From: Utricularia gibba
Lineage: Eukaryota; Plantae; Magnoliophyta
NCBI GenBank assembly: GCA_002189035.1
Contig: NEEC01000002.1
Span: 5,456,001-5,520,000, forward strand
Direction: 5' to 3'
Length of the DNA: 64,000 nt
Both the position numbers and the translations under genes were made by a program. The notes beneath the pieces are model-generated. The model was not told where the DNA came from and made no database searches. It saw nothing but the letters and a program-made list of their open reading frames with translations. Below, piece by piece: positions 1 through 12,717 of this stretch (positions within the stretch are counted from its first letter, which is position 1; every line of letters begins with the position of its first letter).

Positions 1-112
1 TGTTAAGGCAGGGGAAGTGGGGGTTCTTGACTTTTTATCCCCATGGATTTGCTTTTGCTGATTTAATGTTTCTTTTGAATGAGAATTTCGGGGAATGTGT
101 GTAGATTGAGTG

Positions 113-3088
113 ATGGCTGCACCAGCACCTAAACCGGAGGAAGTAAGCCACCCACCAATGGAACAGCTTCAAGGATTAGAATATTGCATTAATTCAAATC
201 CTTCTTGGGGTACGTATGATAATTGTGGCGTTTATTGTATTTTTTTTGGTGCAGTGGATTCATTAGTTCTGTTTTAATGGTTCCTGAATGTGGCACAGCT
301 GAGGCAGTGGCGCTTGGATTTCAGCATTATGTGTTAGCACTGGGAACTGCGGTGATGATTCCTTCGTTTTTAGTCCCGTTAATGGGTGGGAATGATGTAA
401 GATAGCTCGACTTTTGGTCTTTTATTTTTTTGTGGGGGTGCTTCACGTTGATGAACATTATTCTTTATTAATCTTTGGATAATGGAGTTTGTGTTGTTTG
501 TTATCAGAAAGACAAGGCCAGAGTAGTGCAGACTTTGTTATTTGTTGAAGGGATAAATACACTTGTCCAGACATTGTTTGGCAGCAGATTGCCTACTGTT
601 ATTGGAGGATCATGGGCATTCGTAATTCCGATAATTTCGATCATCCATGACCCATCCTTTCAGGGAATCACCGACCCTCAGACGGTATGGAGCGTCTGTA
701 CATGGTCCCTCTTATTACTTTTCATCAGCTCGCTAAATGGATTCTGCATTGATTAAAAAAGAATAAAAGGTGATATGAGCAGCATTTGTAGTATATTCGT
801 TCCCATATTTCTTGTTTTTATGTAGAGGTTTCGAAGCACAATGCAAGCAATACAAGGTGCACTTATAGTGGCTTCAAGTCTTCAAATAATATTGGGTTAC
901 AGCCAGATATGGGCCATATGTTCCAGGTATGGACAGCTTTTCGGTGGGATAAGGCCGATATATCATGATGATGATCAGAGTGAATCAATAGGTGATACTG
1001 TAGCTTTCATGTATATCTCACAGGTTTTTCAGCCCACTGGGAATGGTTCCAGTGATTTCTTTGGTAGGACTTGGCCTTTTTGATAGGGGCTTCCCCGTGG
1101 TAAGTGGAAAATTGCGTGCATAAGTTAATAAATAGATTGGATACTAACAGAAAAAGTGTATTTTTTTTTTCTGCTGTGGATCATCATCAGGTTGGACGAT
1201 GCGTGGAAACCGGTGTTCCAATGCTTATCGTGTTCGTTGTATTGTCCCAGGTGGTATCAGTGAACCTAGATGCTTTATATAAACAGCATGGAACTAAGCC
1301 CTACTGTTGTTTTGCAGTATCTGAAGTTTACCCAGTTGAGAAAAGTCCCCATCCTTCAGAGATTCGCCCTTCTCATCTCTGTTGCTATTATATGGACTTA
1401 TGCAGAGATCTTAACATCAAGTGGGGCGTACAAGCACCGCCCCGAGCTAACACAGAGAAACTGCTGCACAAATAAAGCTCATCTCATTTCAGCTGCACCA
1501 TGGTGAACTAATCTTTCGATTTTCTGTCCTTATGTGGATGATTATAACCAAATATAATCCTCTCCTCTCCTCTTGAAACAGGATAAGAGTCCCGTATCCA
1601 CTTCAGTGGGGTGCACCTAAATTTGATGGCGGCCATGCATTTGGAATGATGTCTGCTGTGATAGTATCAATGATTGAGGTAAAAAAAGATGATGAAAATC
1701 CCAATTCCAAGTTAGCTTGTCATGTTTTTGGAGTGAATATTTCAATGAAGTTCTGCCTTCTGCAGTCAACGGGAGCATATAATGCTGCAGCTCGTTTTGC
1801 AAGTGCCACGCCACCACCTGCTCATGTTCTTAGCCGTGGAATCGGGTGGCAGGTTCGGAATTGATAGGAGGAATAAAGCATCAGTTTCTGTTCAAGTGAA
1901 GGCTTTTTATCTAATAAGTTCAACATATTTCTGTGTTTGGACAGGGCATTGGCATCCTTTTGGATGGACTATTTGGAACCTCTACAGGGTCTACTGTCTC
2001 AGTGTAAGTTCTGGTTTATAATCTGCTTGATAAGTTGGATAGTAAAATGAGGCATGATAAAATACATTTTCTATATATAACTATTTTCATTAAAAAAATG
2101 TTTACTCATATTTCTAGCCTAAAACAAGGTATAGGAAAAAACAATACTTTTTCCATGTTCAGTTTGGTTGGTATAGTTTTGTAGGACAATAGAAGCATAA
2201 AATTCTATTTGTTCAATTCAAAATTAGAACTTCTTGTAAAAACCATTTTTTTATGTGTTTGGTTGGTATAGTTTTATGCCTGGGAATGCATTAACTTAAT
2301 GCAAAGGCATGTTCTTGTGTTAAGCAGGGAAAATATTGGTCTGCTTGGAAGCACTAGTGTTGGCAGTCGTCGAGTGATTCAAATTTCTGCCGGTTTTATG
2401 ATCTTCTTCTCAATCTTAGGTAAATCAGTTTGAAAGAAAGCATGCATTTTACCAGCATGCTACTAACCTGTGTTTATATCCCACTTCGTAGGAAAATTTG
2501 GAGCATTGTTTGCATCCATTCCCTTCACTGTATTCGCTGCTGTATACTGTGTGATGTTCGGCCTAGTTGGTATGCGCTGTTGCTGGTTACTCAGTGATCA
2601 TCTCTTTCTGTTGATGCTAAGATACTTTAGTGGTTTTTCCAGCTTCCCTGGGGCTTTCATTTCTACAGTTCACAAACATGAACTCAATGAGAAACCTCTT
2701 CATCACGGGTGTCTCTCTTTTCCTCGGTTTGTCAATTCCTCAGTACTTCAGGGAGTACACGATGACTGCTTTTCATGGCCCGGCACATACAGCAGCTGGA
2801 TGGGTGAGCCTATCCAATGCAGTGAAATAACCAACATAAGTGAAATGTTAACTTACAAGTTTTCTTCTTGTGCAGTTTAATGACTTCTTAAACACTGTAT
2901 TTACCTCCTCCCCAACTGTCGCGTTGATCGTTGCCGTGATCCTTGATAACACGCTCGATGTTAAGGAGAGTGCCAATGATCGGGGAATGCCATGGTGGGC
3001 CAAGTTCAGATCTTTCAAAGCAGACAGCCGAAATGATGAATTCTACTCCCTCCCATTCAACCTTGATAGATTCTTCCCTCCATCATAA
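113..3088 (+). CDS. Nucleobase-ascorbate transporter, NAT1/NAT2 clade (14 exons)
   Basis: The ATG at 113 gives MAAPAPKPEEVSHPPMEQLQGLEYCINSNPSW. All GT-AG exons join in frame through GGSWAF, the NAT signature region ENIGLLGST and the C-terminal FYSLPFNLDRFFPPS* (TAA ends at 3088). Confidence 0.95.
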
Positions 3089-3416
3089 TCACCTCGTGGA
3101 AGGTACACAATGAAGGTACTTTTTACTTAATGATTGTAAAAATCAACCTGGGCCATGCTCCCTGGTCCAAGTAAAAAAAAGATGTACTAATTTTTATGAT
3201 CCATGGTTTCAATTAGACCGCTTGTCTCCCTGAGAGTTATTATTGTGATCTTTGAAACTTTCATATTTGTTCATGTTTGGCTTCTGCTGATCAGTAAATT
3301 TAGATGAAAGCCTCCTCTTTAGTAGTTGGTTCATATGGTGGGTGCACTTGGATCTGAGTTTTTGACAGAGATGCAAAAATATAACATTGAAACAAAGCAT
3401 GAGCTGCAGTAGATGC

Positions 3417-5770
3417 CTATTGATTCTTGCACATGCACTCGTTGCAATGTGGGTGTCGATATATGCTTTTTCCTAATGCTCTTTTATGTGGTCTTTGGTC
3501 TTCGTCTATCATTTTTCTTGTTCTTTCTTGAAATGTATGCCAACTGATGCTATTACTTTCTTGCAAGATTGCAGCCAGCCTCCTCTTGTTTGGCCTCACT
3601 GTCGGAGCATTACCTCCTCCATAATATGTCCGAAAACCAGAAACCAAGGATGAGAGTTGGCTTCCCGAGTCTGTTATGGCGAATACATCAGAAGCAGCAC
3701 AAGCTATGAAGTCCAATGCTGCAAGCTGCATCAGAACATTCTTTAATCTTTAGATATCTGATGAGCTGAGAATCATATCCTGTACCTTTTATATTTTTCC
3801 ATAGTGAAGTTTCTTTCTTTTTTGTAAGTTTCGCTATGGTCATGCACATGAGACCTCTATCTAGAATGCAGATTAAATACCTGAGATGAAAAATTTCTGA
3901 ATGGAGCAAGTTCACTTCTGGAGAGGAGATTCTCTTTTGTTATAAGATTGGGGTAAATGCTAATGAGAGGTTGCATCCTCAGTTGTCCGCCGTAGATTTC
4001 AGAACCAGCAAGATAGATGTTTGTCTTGCCATCAAATCCAAGGGCAGCAAGAACTAGAGCTGCTTCTTCTGGTGTCAAGGGGCATCTTCCCATTCTTCTG
4101 AGTTCTGTAGGAGAAAGAAGCCTGGTTTTCTTCAAGCGCTCAAGAAGCAAAGGAAAATGCTCTTTCCTGTAAGCTTGGAGTTCCATTTTCTCTGTCTCAC
4201 CACCTCCGAAATCACACATTGAATACGCCACCATATCGATTTCGAATCTTAGGTGCAATGCTATGTATGTTGAGGGGCTTGTTTCATTAAGGTTTCCAAG
4301 AGGAATATCCTGCATAATGTAGCTCCCAAGTAGCTGCTCTTCCACCATGCTTCTACTTTTGCTGTATTTTCTCAACCTTCCCAGCAACAGAGAACCTCCT
4401 TTCTGGATTTTTTCTGAAAACTTCAATGCATGGAAGTTGCATTTACATCTTAGTTTCTGAAGTTCATTTGGCAGGGGATCGAATCCTAGGCGATTCCCAT
4501 ATCCAAGAAAGTGAACTATTCCATTACGTGATAAAACAGGAAGTACTTTGTTCATGTACTCATCCGGAGTTGCCTCTTTTGAAAGATCTGCATCAGTTAT
4601 CTGAGAAAAAAACACACACACATCATTCAGTCTCTTTGATGCACTTGTTCACCAGACACTGTATGCAACAAAAAGAGTCTTGTTTCAAGAGGAGGACCTA
4701 CTAAACTCCCAATGGCTTCCAGATCTAACGATCTCAGATGTACAGGAAGCTCCCTAACAACATGTACATCGTCCCTTAGCACTTCGATAAATGTTTCCTC
4801 TTGATAAATGTCGTTGAATTGGCTGTGATATGGATTGTAATTCCAGTTACAGAGACGAGCCTGCACAATAGGAGAAGTAACAATGCACATTACCTTGGAT
4901 CCCTCCATACATTGCTGTAAAGAAACCTTGGAGTCACTAATGTAGCATTCAGCAAAGCAGCAACAGCAACTGCATTGCAGACCTGCACATCACATGAACA
5001 ACTTCCAAAACAAGTGCTCTCAGGTGGCGGCTATGGAATGAGAAAGCCTACTACTTACAGCAACTCTCTGCTGGTTTAATCCTCCATTTGCACTCACCAC
5101 AATGTACCTTGTTTCATTGTTGTTAGATACCTGATTGGAACTTTTTCTACAAAAGAAGGCACAAACTGCAATGAGAATGCTCTGAGTAGGAAGAAGGTGG
5201 TTGTTTGTTTACCTTTTGGCAATATTTGGTGAACAAGGCTTCCAGATGGATGAAGCCTTAAATGATTCCTTCCAGAAGAGCACATTCTGTTCTGACCCTC
5301 TCTGTATTTGCAGACAACAAACATAGCATCAATCTTGTTAACTGTCCAAACTGATGCATGGTATGTGCAACATCATCATACCTTTTGCCGAGCTAGAGAC
5401 AGCGAAGCCATGCGCAGCAGTGAAGGATACAACACGATGTTGTTCCTCACTTCATGATTATGCGTTGCTTCTACATCCTACAGACACTTCCGGGGAAATA
5501 GTGAGCCAGGAAATACAGAGGATTACAGAGATGACACGTCAAGATTAGTACCCTTTGGGAGGGAACGATCTTCTGATCAAAATGGGAATACACTAAATGA
5601 TCTAAAACCAGAAAGCATCCCATCAACAAGAGTGCCAACATGGAAGTTCTGATGTTCCTTAGAAGCCACCCTGGTACTCCACTTTTATCAGCACAAGCTC
5701 CTTTTCGACTCTTGATGTGGTTTCGAGTGCACGAATCCACTTTTGACTTTGGAGATGGAAGCTTTTTCAT
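3417..5770 (-). CDS. O-fucosyltransferase family protein (GT106/PF10250-type, Golgi type II membrane)
   Basis: The spliced frame runs from MKKLPSPK (ATG 5770) through an N-terminal TM segment, ANGGLNQQRVAVCNAV, HLRFEIDMVAYSMC, CPLTPEEAAL, IYLAG and AALDFIAC to CNECMCKNQ*. Intron phases are consistent. Confidence 0.93.
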
Positions 5771-6919
5771 TTCTCCTCCCACAACTAGCTTGGCTTTGCA
5801 ATTGACGAATATGAGAACAGGCACGAGGGAGTGGTTCGGATATCAGAAAGGAAAAATATGTAGATAGTGGTGCTGCGAAGAGGCCATCAAGCAATCAGGA
5901 AGCTTCATAAGAAAGGCAAGCAACTTCTTTGATTATGTTGAACAAGATGCTGCAACCAGAAACGGCCTTCTTTTCACCTACTCTGCCACCAAAATTCGAG
6001 AAAGAAAGGACAACCATAAGCACATAGGAAGCAAGAATCTGTGAACCTGCCCATTCTGATCGAACCAACTGATGTTCATTTGGTGAAAACTTTTTCCGTT
6101 TTTTCTGGTCAACCATAGGGTAGTTACAAAAATTAATACATCTAATTCGAAACCCAACAACAAGACAAAACGTTGACATTCTCTTCTCTGTTCTCTGTTT
6201 TTTTTTTTTTTTTGTTTATTTTGTACTCTAACTGGTAGTTCATGAATTGCAGTATAAGACCACTGCAGTTAGATTTGAATCAAGAAATATCTCACATTTA
6301 CAGTGCGGTAAAAATGAATCAAGTTTATGGGTAGGTAAACACAAGAACACACAGGCAAATAGAAATTTTTAAGGCCAAATTTGATAGGATTGTTTACACA
6401 TTGTCTAATACATGTTTTATTTGGTTTATTAAAAATTTCTATCAATATTTTAAATATATCTATTAAATATGATAATATTTTTAACAAATATTTATAAAAT
6501 CTATTTATGGCATATATTTTGAATTATAATCACATAACACATCTTTATTTAATAAAAATAATGTAAATACAATGTTAATTAACATATCTTACCAATGGCA
6601 TGCTGAATAATTAGTCAATTGATGTAACATAGAGAGCAATGTCACACAAAAGATCATCTATTTTTCAAAATTAGACTAGTTATATGTCAAGTACTGTGGC
6701 ATTCCTTGCTGTTTACAAAAATGACACAATTAATCTCCATTAACATAATTGGTTTATACTATTTGACATATTTGATAAAATTAATTCACAATATTTTTAA
6801 TCCTTACTCTTTGAATATTACGTATAACTGATCCCGCTATTTTAAAACGGACATATTAATTTATCATTGTTTTATTATATGATAAAATTGATTCTTAAAT
6901 TAAATTCACATCATACATC

Positions 6920-7150
6920 CTTATAGATAATAAATTGATCTTTATAATCAAATCTTAATTTTCATATTAAATATTATTGCACAACTGTCATGGACCATCA
7001 CCGACCACCATCCACCCGCTACGTGTCACCCCGCCCGTGCACGCGGTGGGCACGCGACGAGGGTGGGTGGTGATCAACGGCGTGGTTGATGATCATATTT
7101 AGGAAAAAAAATTAAAATTTAATTATAGATATCAAATTTATCATTATTAT
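6920..7150. mobile_element. Imperfect fold-back (MITE-like) insertion with AT-rich arms and a GC-rich core
   Basis: The reverse complement of 6926-6960 (aattaagatttgattataaagatcaatttattat) resembles 7110-7145 (aattaaaatttaattatagatatcaaatttatcat). The GC-rich core at 6985-7095 has atcacc...ggtgat ends. No TSD was identified. Confidence 0.5.
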
Positions 7151-7219
7151 AATAATGAATATTATTTATAGGTTGGGGGTTTTTTAAGTTCACTCTAAAT
7201 TATACTTTGTAATTAAATC

Positions 7220-7570
7220 CTCAAATTTCAAAATTATGTTATCAAAACTAATTAATTTTTATTCTAACCTCATTATAATGATGCATCATATAAGATGTGA
7301 ATATGAATATCATATAACCATTATCATTTTAAATCATTGGAGATGCAAACACGATATAACATTAATAAAGATATCATTCGATTTATCAAATTTCAAAAGT
7401 CGTATCACAAAATTTTGTTAAGTTCAAAATCAGAACAAATTCATAGTGCTATAAACTGGTTTACTTTTTAAAAATTTTAAAAAATGTTTGAATCTTTATT
7501 GTAGTTTTTAATAGCTTGAAATATTTTTTTAATTTTAAAACTTGAGGTTAAACTATTGAAATTTGAAGTG
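7220..7570. repeat. AT-rich dispersed repeat, inverted copy of ~61275-61720
   Basis: Its reverse complement matches the 61.3-61.7 kb region in collinear blocks (aatagtttaa, aagattcaaaca, aacaaaattttgtg, gaatgatat, atcattataat, taacataatttt). Confidence 0.7.
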
Positions 7571-7868
7571 TTTTTCTTATAATTTTTTAATTATTTATGT
7601 TAAATTATTTATCCAAATATCAAATTTTAAAATTGTGAAAAAATGATTTTGCATGATTTTGAAATAATGAAAATGAATTATAAATATTTTGTTAAATAGT
7701 AATGATGATCATTAATATTTTTAGGAACTAATTATGTTATTTTGATAAAAATTAAAGAGTATTCATGCAACTGTTTTTTTAGTTATTTAAAAAAACAAAA
7801 AAATCTGTAAAATTGTATTAATTGTTATATTGTAAGTAAGATTTGGGGTTGTGAGGATGAAAGGAGGA

Positions 7869-9091
7869 TTATTTGCAGCATTTGGACAAACAAACCAAGA
7901 AAACAATCAGAAACGCTATAACTGAAAGTCCAATTGCAACCCCAACGACAACCTTTCTCTGCCCACTCGCGTGCTTCTTCTGCTCTACGCTGCCATCCTC
8001 ATCCGCGTCTAACTCATCGTAAGCCGGCGAGGGCGACGGCGGCGGCGAACGAGGCATCCCGTTCTCGTCGCAGGGGGCGATTCCCAGCTTCCCATTTGGC
8101 CCCAGAATCGAGACGTTGTAGCAGAGATTAGAGTTTTCACCAACTCTCAGAACTTGCAGCTGTTTTATAAACGTGGGGTTGAACGGCAAGATCCCCTGGA
8201 AATTGTTCCTCTCCAGATTCAGATATCTCAGTTTCTTCATATTGCTTATGAAGTTGGGGACCTTCCCGTCGAGCTGATTGGAGCCCAGATCAAGACGGGT
8301 TAGCTGCGACAGGGAAGATAGAGAATCTGGGATAGGCCCTGAAAGCCTGTTCGAAGCTAAGGAGAGATTCTGCAGTGACACCAAGTCTCCGATTGTAACG
8401 GGAATGGTGTCATTGAAGGAATTGGACGAGAGGTTCAGGTGAAGGAGATTCGTGAGACGGTTCATAGTGTACGGGATCTTCCCCGTCAACCGATTCCCGA
8501 CAAATCGATGAACTTGAGGTTGGGGCTCAGGTTTCTGGGGATGGCGCCTCTGAGATCGCACTGAGAGAGAGTCAGGGACTGCAGGGATTTCATTCCCTCG
8601 AGAATGATCTTGGGGCTGGAGGCGTTTACAGGGACTCCGGCGACGGTTAAATTGACGAGATTGATGAGTCTGCTTAACCAAACTCCGGTGAGCCTACGGA
8701 GGCCGCGGATGCAGGTGAAGGATTTGAGATTTTGGGTGAGCTGAAGAGGGAATCTGATGGGAGAGATGGGGGAGCTTATGAGGGCGAGTGAGGTGAGAGA
8801 TGAGAGGGACTCAAGGGCAGTGAAGGAGAGCACGACGTCCTCGGAGCAGTTGGCGAGTGTGAGGGAGAGGAGGTGGCGAAAAGGCTGGCCGTCGTCGCAG
8901 ATTTCAGGGGGAATGCAGAGGCTGCTGTTGCCGGAGATGGGGACGTTGATGGAGCGAAGAGCTTCGAGCTGATTGGGGTCCAGCGGAGAAGGAGGAGGCG
9001 GCGGTGAGGAAACGGTTGACGCCGAGGGGAAGAAGAAGAAGAAGCAGAGGGAGAGGAGAATGTCGAATACCAGGAAAGGTGATGGCGGCAT
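7869..9091 (-). CDS. SNC2: LRR receptor-like protein of the RLP51/SNC2 type; single exon with one apparent -1 frameshift at 8496-8498
   Basis: It has a signal peptide, LDPNQLEAL, CDDGQPFRHL, LRRs, an acidic juxtamembrane region, a GVAIG (GxxxG) TM helix and a short tail. It resembles AtRLP51/SNC2 as recalled. ORFs 8486-9091 and 7869-8681 join into 407 aa if one G is restored in TCG GG- AAT CGG. Confidence 0.85.
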
Positions 9092-9713
9092 TGCAGGGGA
9101 AAGGGGCTTCCGAGTCAGAAGAACTAACCGCCAGAGGCTGTCCAGTTAAGAAGCAGAATTGGGAGCGGGAGCTCCAGGTCCAGGTGGGGATATGTTGGCC
9201 TGAGGTGACAGGTGAAGAAGGCAACGCATTTTTATATTTCAGGCTCAATAAATAACCGCCTTCTTCCATCTCCATCGGAATCCTCCTCCATTAAAAGGAA
9301 TATCACGTTGTTTAACGCTTCTTCACCAACCTCACTGTTTCCGGCGACTTGAACGGCTGAGCTCCGGTGGCATTTCTCACGGACAAGTCACGTGATCCCT
9401 CACCAAATTCGCCGTCGATTCCCAAATTTCCCTGCGGATCAAATCACTGTAAAAACGAAAAGAAAGACAGAAAGCAATTGCAGTGAATGGATCCTTACTC
9501 TTTTTTGTGGAATACGCAGCGAGAAGTGAAAACGCAGCGAGCAGTGGCCCCACACGTGCAACGGAAGACGGCCGGCGTTTTCATCTGCCGGTAGCATCAA
9601 TCACGTCCGTCGCTCCCGGCGATTTTATTTTCACAAGAACGGAGTACACATGATTAGAGTTGAAGGCAGTAAAGAATATAGTAGTCATGGACAAGCAAGA
9701 CGGATTCATCTTG

Positions 9714-10952
9714 CTAAAGGCGGCCGTCGTCGAGTAGATACACCTTGCTCTGCACCACCGTGTTGCCCATCTCAAACCCGGGAACCACCGTGAACGCCAC
9801 CTTCGAACCGGCGCCCACGACCTCGCCGGCAGCGCTCTCCATGTATACCTCCGAAAATCTGGAGTTTCTTGGAACTTGAAATGCGCTGATTCGGTAGTCA
9901 GAGGTGAAGGCCAGACAATTCAGAAGCCAAACGCGTCTCGCCATTTCGTAGAACGCCTTGTAAAACTCTGTTTGCGGGAACTCCCCTGAATCCACCATTT
10001 TCCTCTGGTTCAAGTTACCGAAGAAGGAGTATTCCATCTTGGGATGAACCAAAGCTAAGTACTTGCATTTCACCAACTTCCCAAATGAAGACGATGATGA
10101 CGAACGTGGATCCCTGTTCAGAAATTCGATCAAATTTTCATCCCTTTCCTCGGATGGAGAATCGTATCCAAACAGAGGACTGTTGAAGCCAGAGAACATT
10201 TCTCTGCAAACAAATGATTCGAAAGCGAAAACCAAATGCGTTCGTTTCAAGAAAACGGTATCTGGGTGTACCAGATTGGCCGCGCATTCAATATCCCAAT
10301 CGGCCTTCTCCATTTCTCGAATCAGTAGCTTCGCAAAACATCGAACAGATCGCAGGCAGTAGTTTAAAGCGAAGATGAACCCCTTGGGATCCGATATGGG
10401 AGGATACTTTTTGAAAGATCCAGCCGCAACACCTTTCACTTTCCGATTCTCCTCATCTAGGCGTTGCCTGAGAGATGATACTGCGGCATCCATGTTCTCA
10501 AGCTCCGCCCTCATTTTCCTAATCGCAATTTCGTACATTTTCATCAGCGACTGCTGTTCCTGAATCTCGGCGAGCATCATCGTGACATGGGGTGGAGAGG
10601 AATCACTCTTCTTCTTAACGAAGCCCTGTTTCATCTCCGAGATAGATTTGAGCTCCTGAACGAGTAGTTCGTCACAGAAATGGACGGCGTTGACGTCGTA
10701 AGGGAACTGGGCGAGTTGGAGTTCGGCGTAGGCAGCTTTAAAAGCCGAAACGGAAGCGAAAAGCTTCGCGATGAAAGCGGTGGCGGCGGAAGCCTCATGG
10801 GTATGCCTCTGCATTTCGGAAAACCGGAGCCTTTCCTTGTCCGGCGGAGGAATGAAGAGGCAGAAGCCGGGATGGCGCGCCGCCCTCACTCTGTGGAGCG
10901 TTTTCTCGAAGATAGTTGATCGAGGATGAGATTTGGAGGCACGAGGATCCAT
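9714..10952 (-). CDS. DUF641 / GRAVITROPIC IN THE LIGHT 1 (GIL1)/IRKI-like protein, single exon
   Basis: This 412-aa ORF has AFIAKLFASVSAFKAAYAELQLAQFPYD, a coiled coil, KYLALVHPKME, and a C-terminal FSEVYMES...VAFTVVPGF...VQSKVYL. Confidence 0.9.
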   Translation of the reverse strand: MDPRASKSHPRSTIFEKTLHRVRAARHPGFCLFIPPPDKERLRFSEMQRHTHEASAATAFIAKLFASVSAFKAAYAELQLAQFPYDVNAVHFCDELLVQELKSISEMKQGFVKKKSDSSPPHVTMMLAEIQEQQSLMKMYEIAIRKMRAELENMDAAVSSLRQRLDEENRKVKGVAAGSFKKYPPISDPKGFIFALNYCLRSVRCFAKLLIREMEKADWDIECAANLVHPDTVFLKRTHLVFAFESFVCREMFSGFNSPLFGYDSPSEERDENLIEFLNRDPRSSSSSSFGKLVKCKYLALVHPKMEYSFFGNLNQRKMVDSGEFPQTEFYKAFYEMARRVWLLNCLAFTSDYRISAFQVPRNSRFSEVYMESAAGEVVGAGSKVAFTVVPGFEMGNTVVQSKVYLLDDGRL

Positions 10953-12717
10953 GAAACCGAAACTTCTCCTCTTGTAAAGCTCAGGCCGCGGTCCTGGACG
11001 TCCATTAAATCCTGAAAATCGCGGCGGGCCACAATTAAGAATAAGCAGAAATCAGGGGCGTGAATGATAATAATAATAAATAATAATTGCCGATGGTGCA
11101 CGTCCGATCTCGTGCGTCCCTCTCATCATTTTTCATTTTTAAAATAATTTTTGGATTATTTGAAAATGCTGAATTTAAAAGGTTTGACCGGCTTCCGGGT
11201 CAGAGCCCAAGCCCGGTTCAATCAATTCCCAAACCTTGTCAGCGAGAGGGATTTGCAGCACCAGACAAAAATATCAATTCATTTGACCACCGCTTTTCAC
11301 ATGGGAGCTGTACGGAAGGCCAAAACACCTTATGAAAATAAATTTTGGAAAAATTTAGGAGAGAATAAAAATGAGAAATAAAATAAATTAATATTGTATG
11401 ACTTTAAAAATAAATTGTAAAATAAAAAAATATGTTTTATTATAGAATAAGAAATTAATTTGGAGAAATGAATTGGAATAGAAGATTTTTGTATTTTTAT
11501 TAACAAAATGGTTCATTTTGCATTATGATGTTATTTTTAATAATAAAAATAACATTGATAATAAATTGGAACGATAATATGTTCCCAACATTGATTTATT
11601 TTCTTTTCCACAATAAAATTTAACATTATAAATTACTAATTTTGATACACATGTCACAATATCTAAATTTTCTAATTTACGCATCCACGACCAGAATTGA
11701 CGGAATTCAGACTCGAGTTGGTAAGGATTTTAGGATTATTTTTTTAATTTCAAATTTTCTGAACTAAACCCTAATCCATAAATAGTTTTTGCCATTTGGT
11801 TAATATCATTTTTTCCAAATAAAATTGGTAAGTATAGTATCATAGTTAATTTATTACAATAACCATCAATTAATTACTCATACTTCTTTTGCAATTTTAG
11901 ACACCCAAATCAAGAAACACCTAAACGGTGTCATGTATTGCATTTTATTAATCAATATTAGACCTAAAATTTACAATTAAATTATTTTAAATCATAAATA
12001 ATTCATATTCGATCAAATTGATCGAGAATTAGTTCACCATTATTTTGACCATTAAACCTACTGAATTGCGAAAGATCGTCGGCTTCTGCTTTCCCTTTGA
12101 GAGTGGTATCAGATGACAAGGAGCGAGACACCAAACGTGATGTTTTGGTGCTGATGGACTGCTTCGTTTCACCTGCTTTTGTGAGAATCAAGCAAACCTC
12201 TCCATGCCAGATGCTTACTTTCCACACATTCGGATCCGAAGCCTTTAGGCTCCCCAGGGATCCAACAGCCCCATCCTTTTTTGACTTGGATTCTACGTCA
12301 AGGGAAGCAACTAGCAGGCAACCCTGTTTTTCAATGCTGTCGTCTGATGTTGAGCAAGAAAACCATGCTGCTCTGTGAAAACATGTAAATTTTCATCCAT
12401 TCGAAACAATGAACGCATGGAGTGTGTCCAAAAGTGACTTGAAGATGGTAATCAAGAGATGCTGGTCTGATTAGTGAGCACGATTCCCATCCCCACAGAC
12501 AAATTACAGCAAATACAGTCTTGGGATATGTCCACCATGAGGACGAGGTTTCGGGCATGTCCTCACGTATGCAGTGATAAGATAGGTGTGCCGCTATAGA
12601 TATCTCCCTCTGGACTATGAAAATGACGGTATCCACTGTTAGAAAACTTCGAGGGAATCCAACTAAACAGTCATGTATACATGTCTCATGTATTTGCAGC
12701 ATCATTGCACATGTACC

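Noticed and set aside
12104-12113. TGGTATCAGA resembling a tRNA-Met primer-binding site of LTR retrotransposons
   Set aside because: It diverges after 10 nt (TGAC instead of GC), and there is no upstream LTR ending in CA and no gag/pol sequence.
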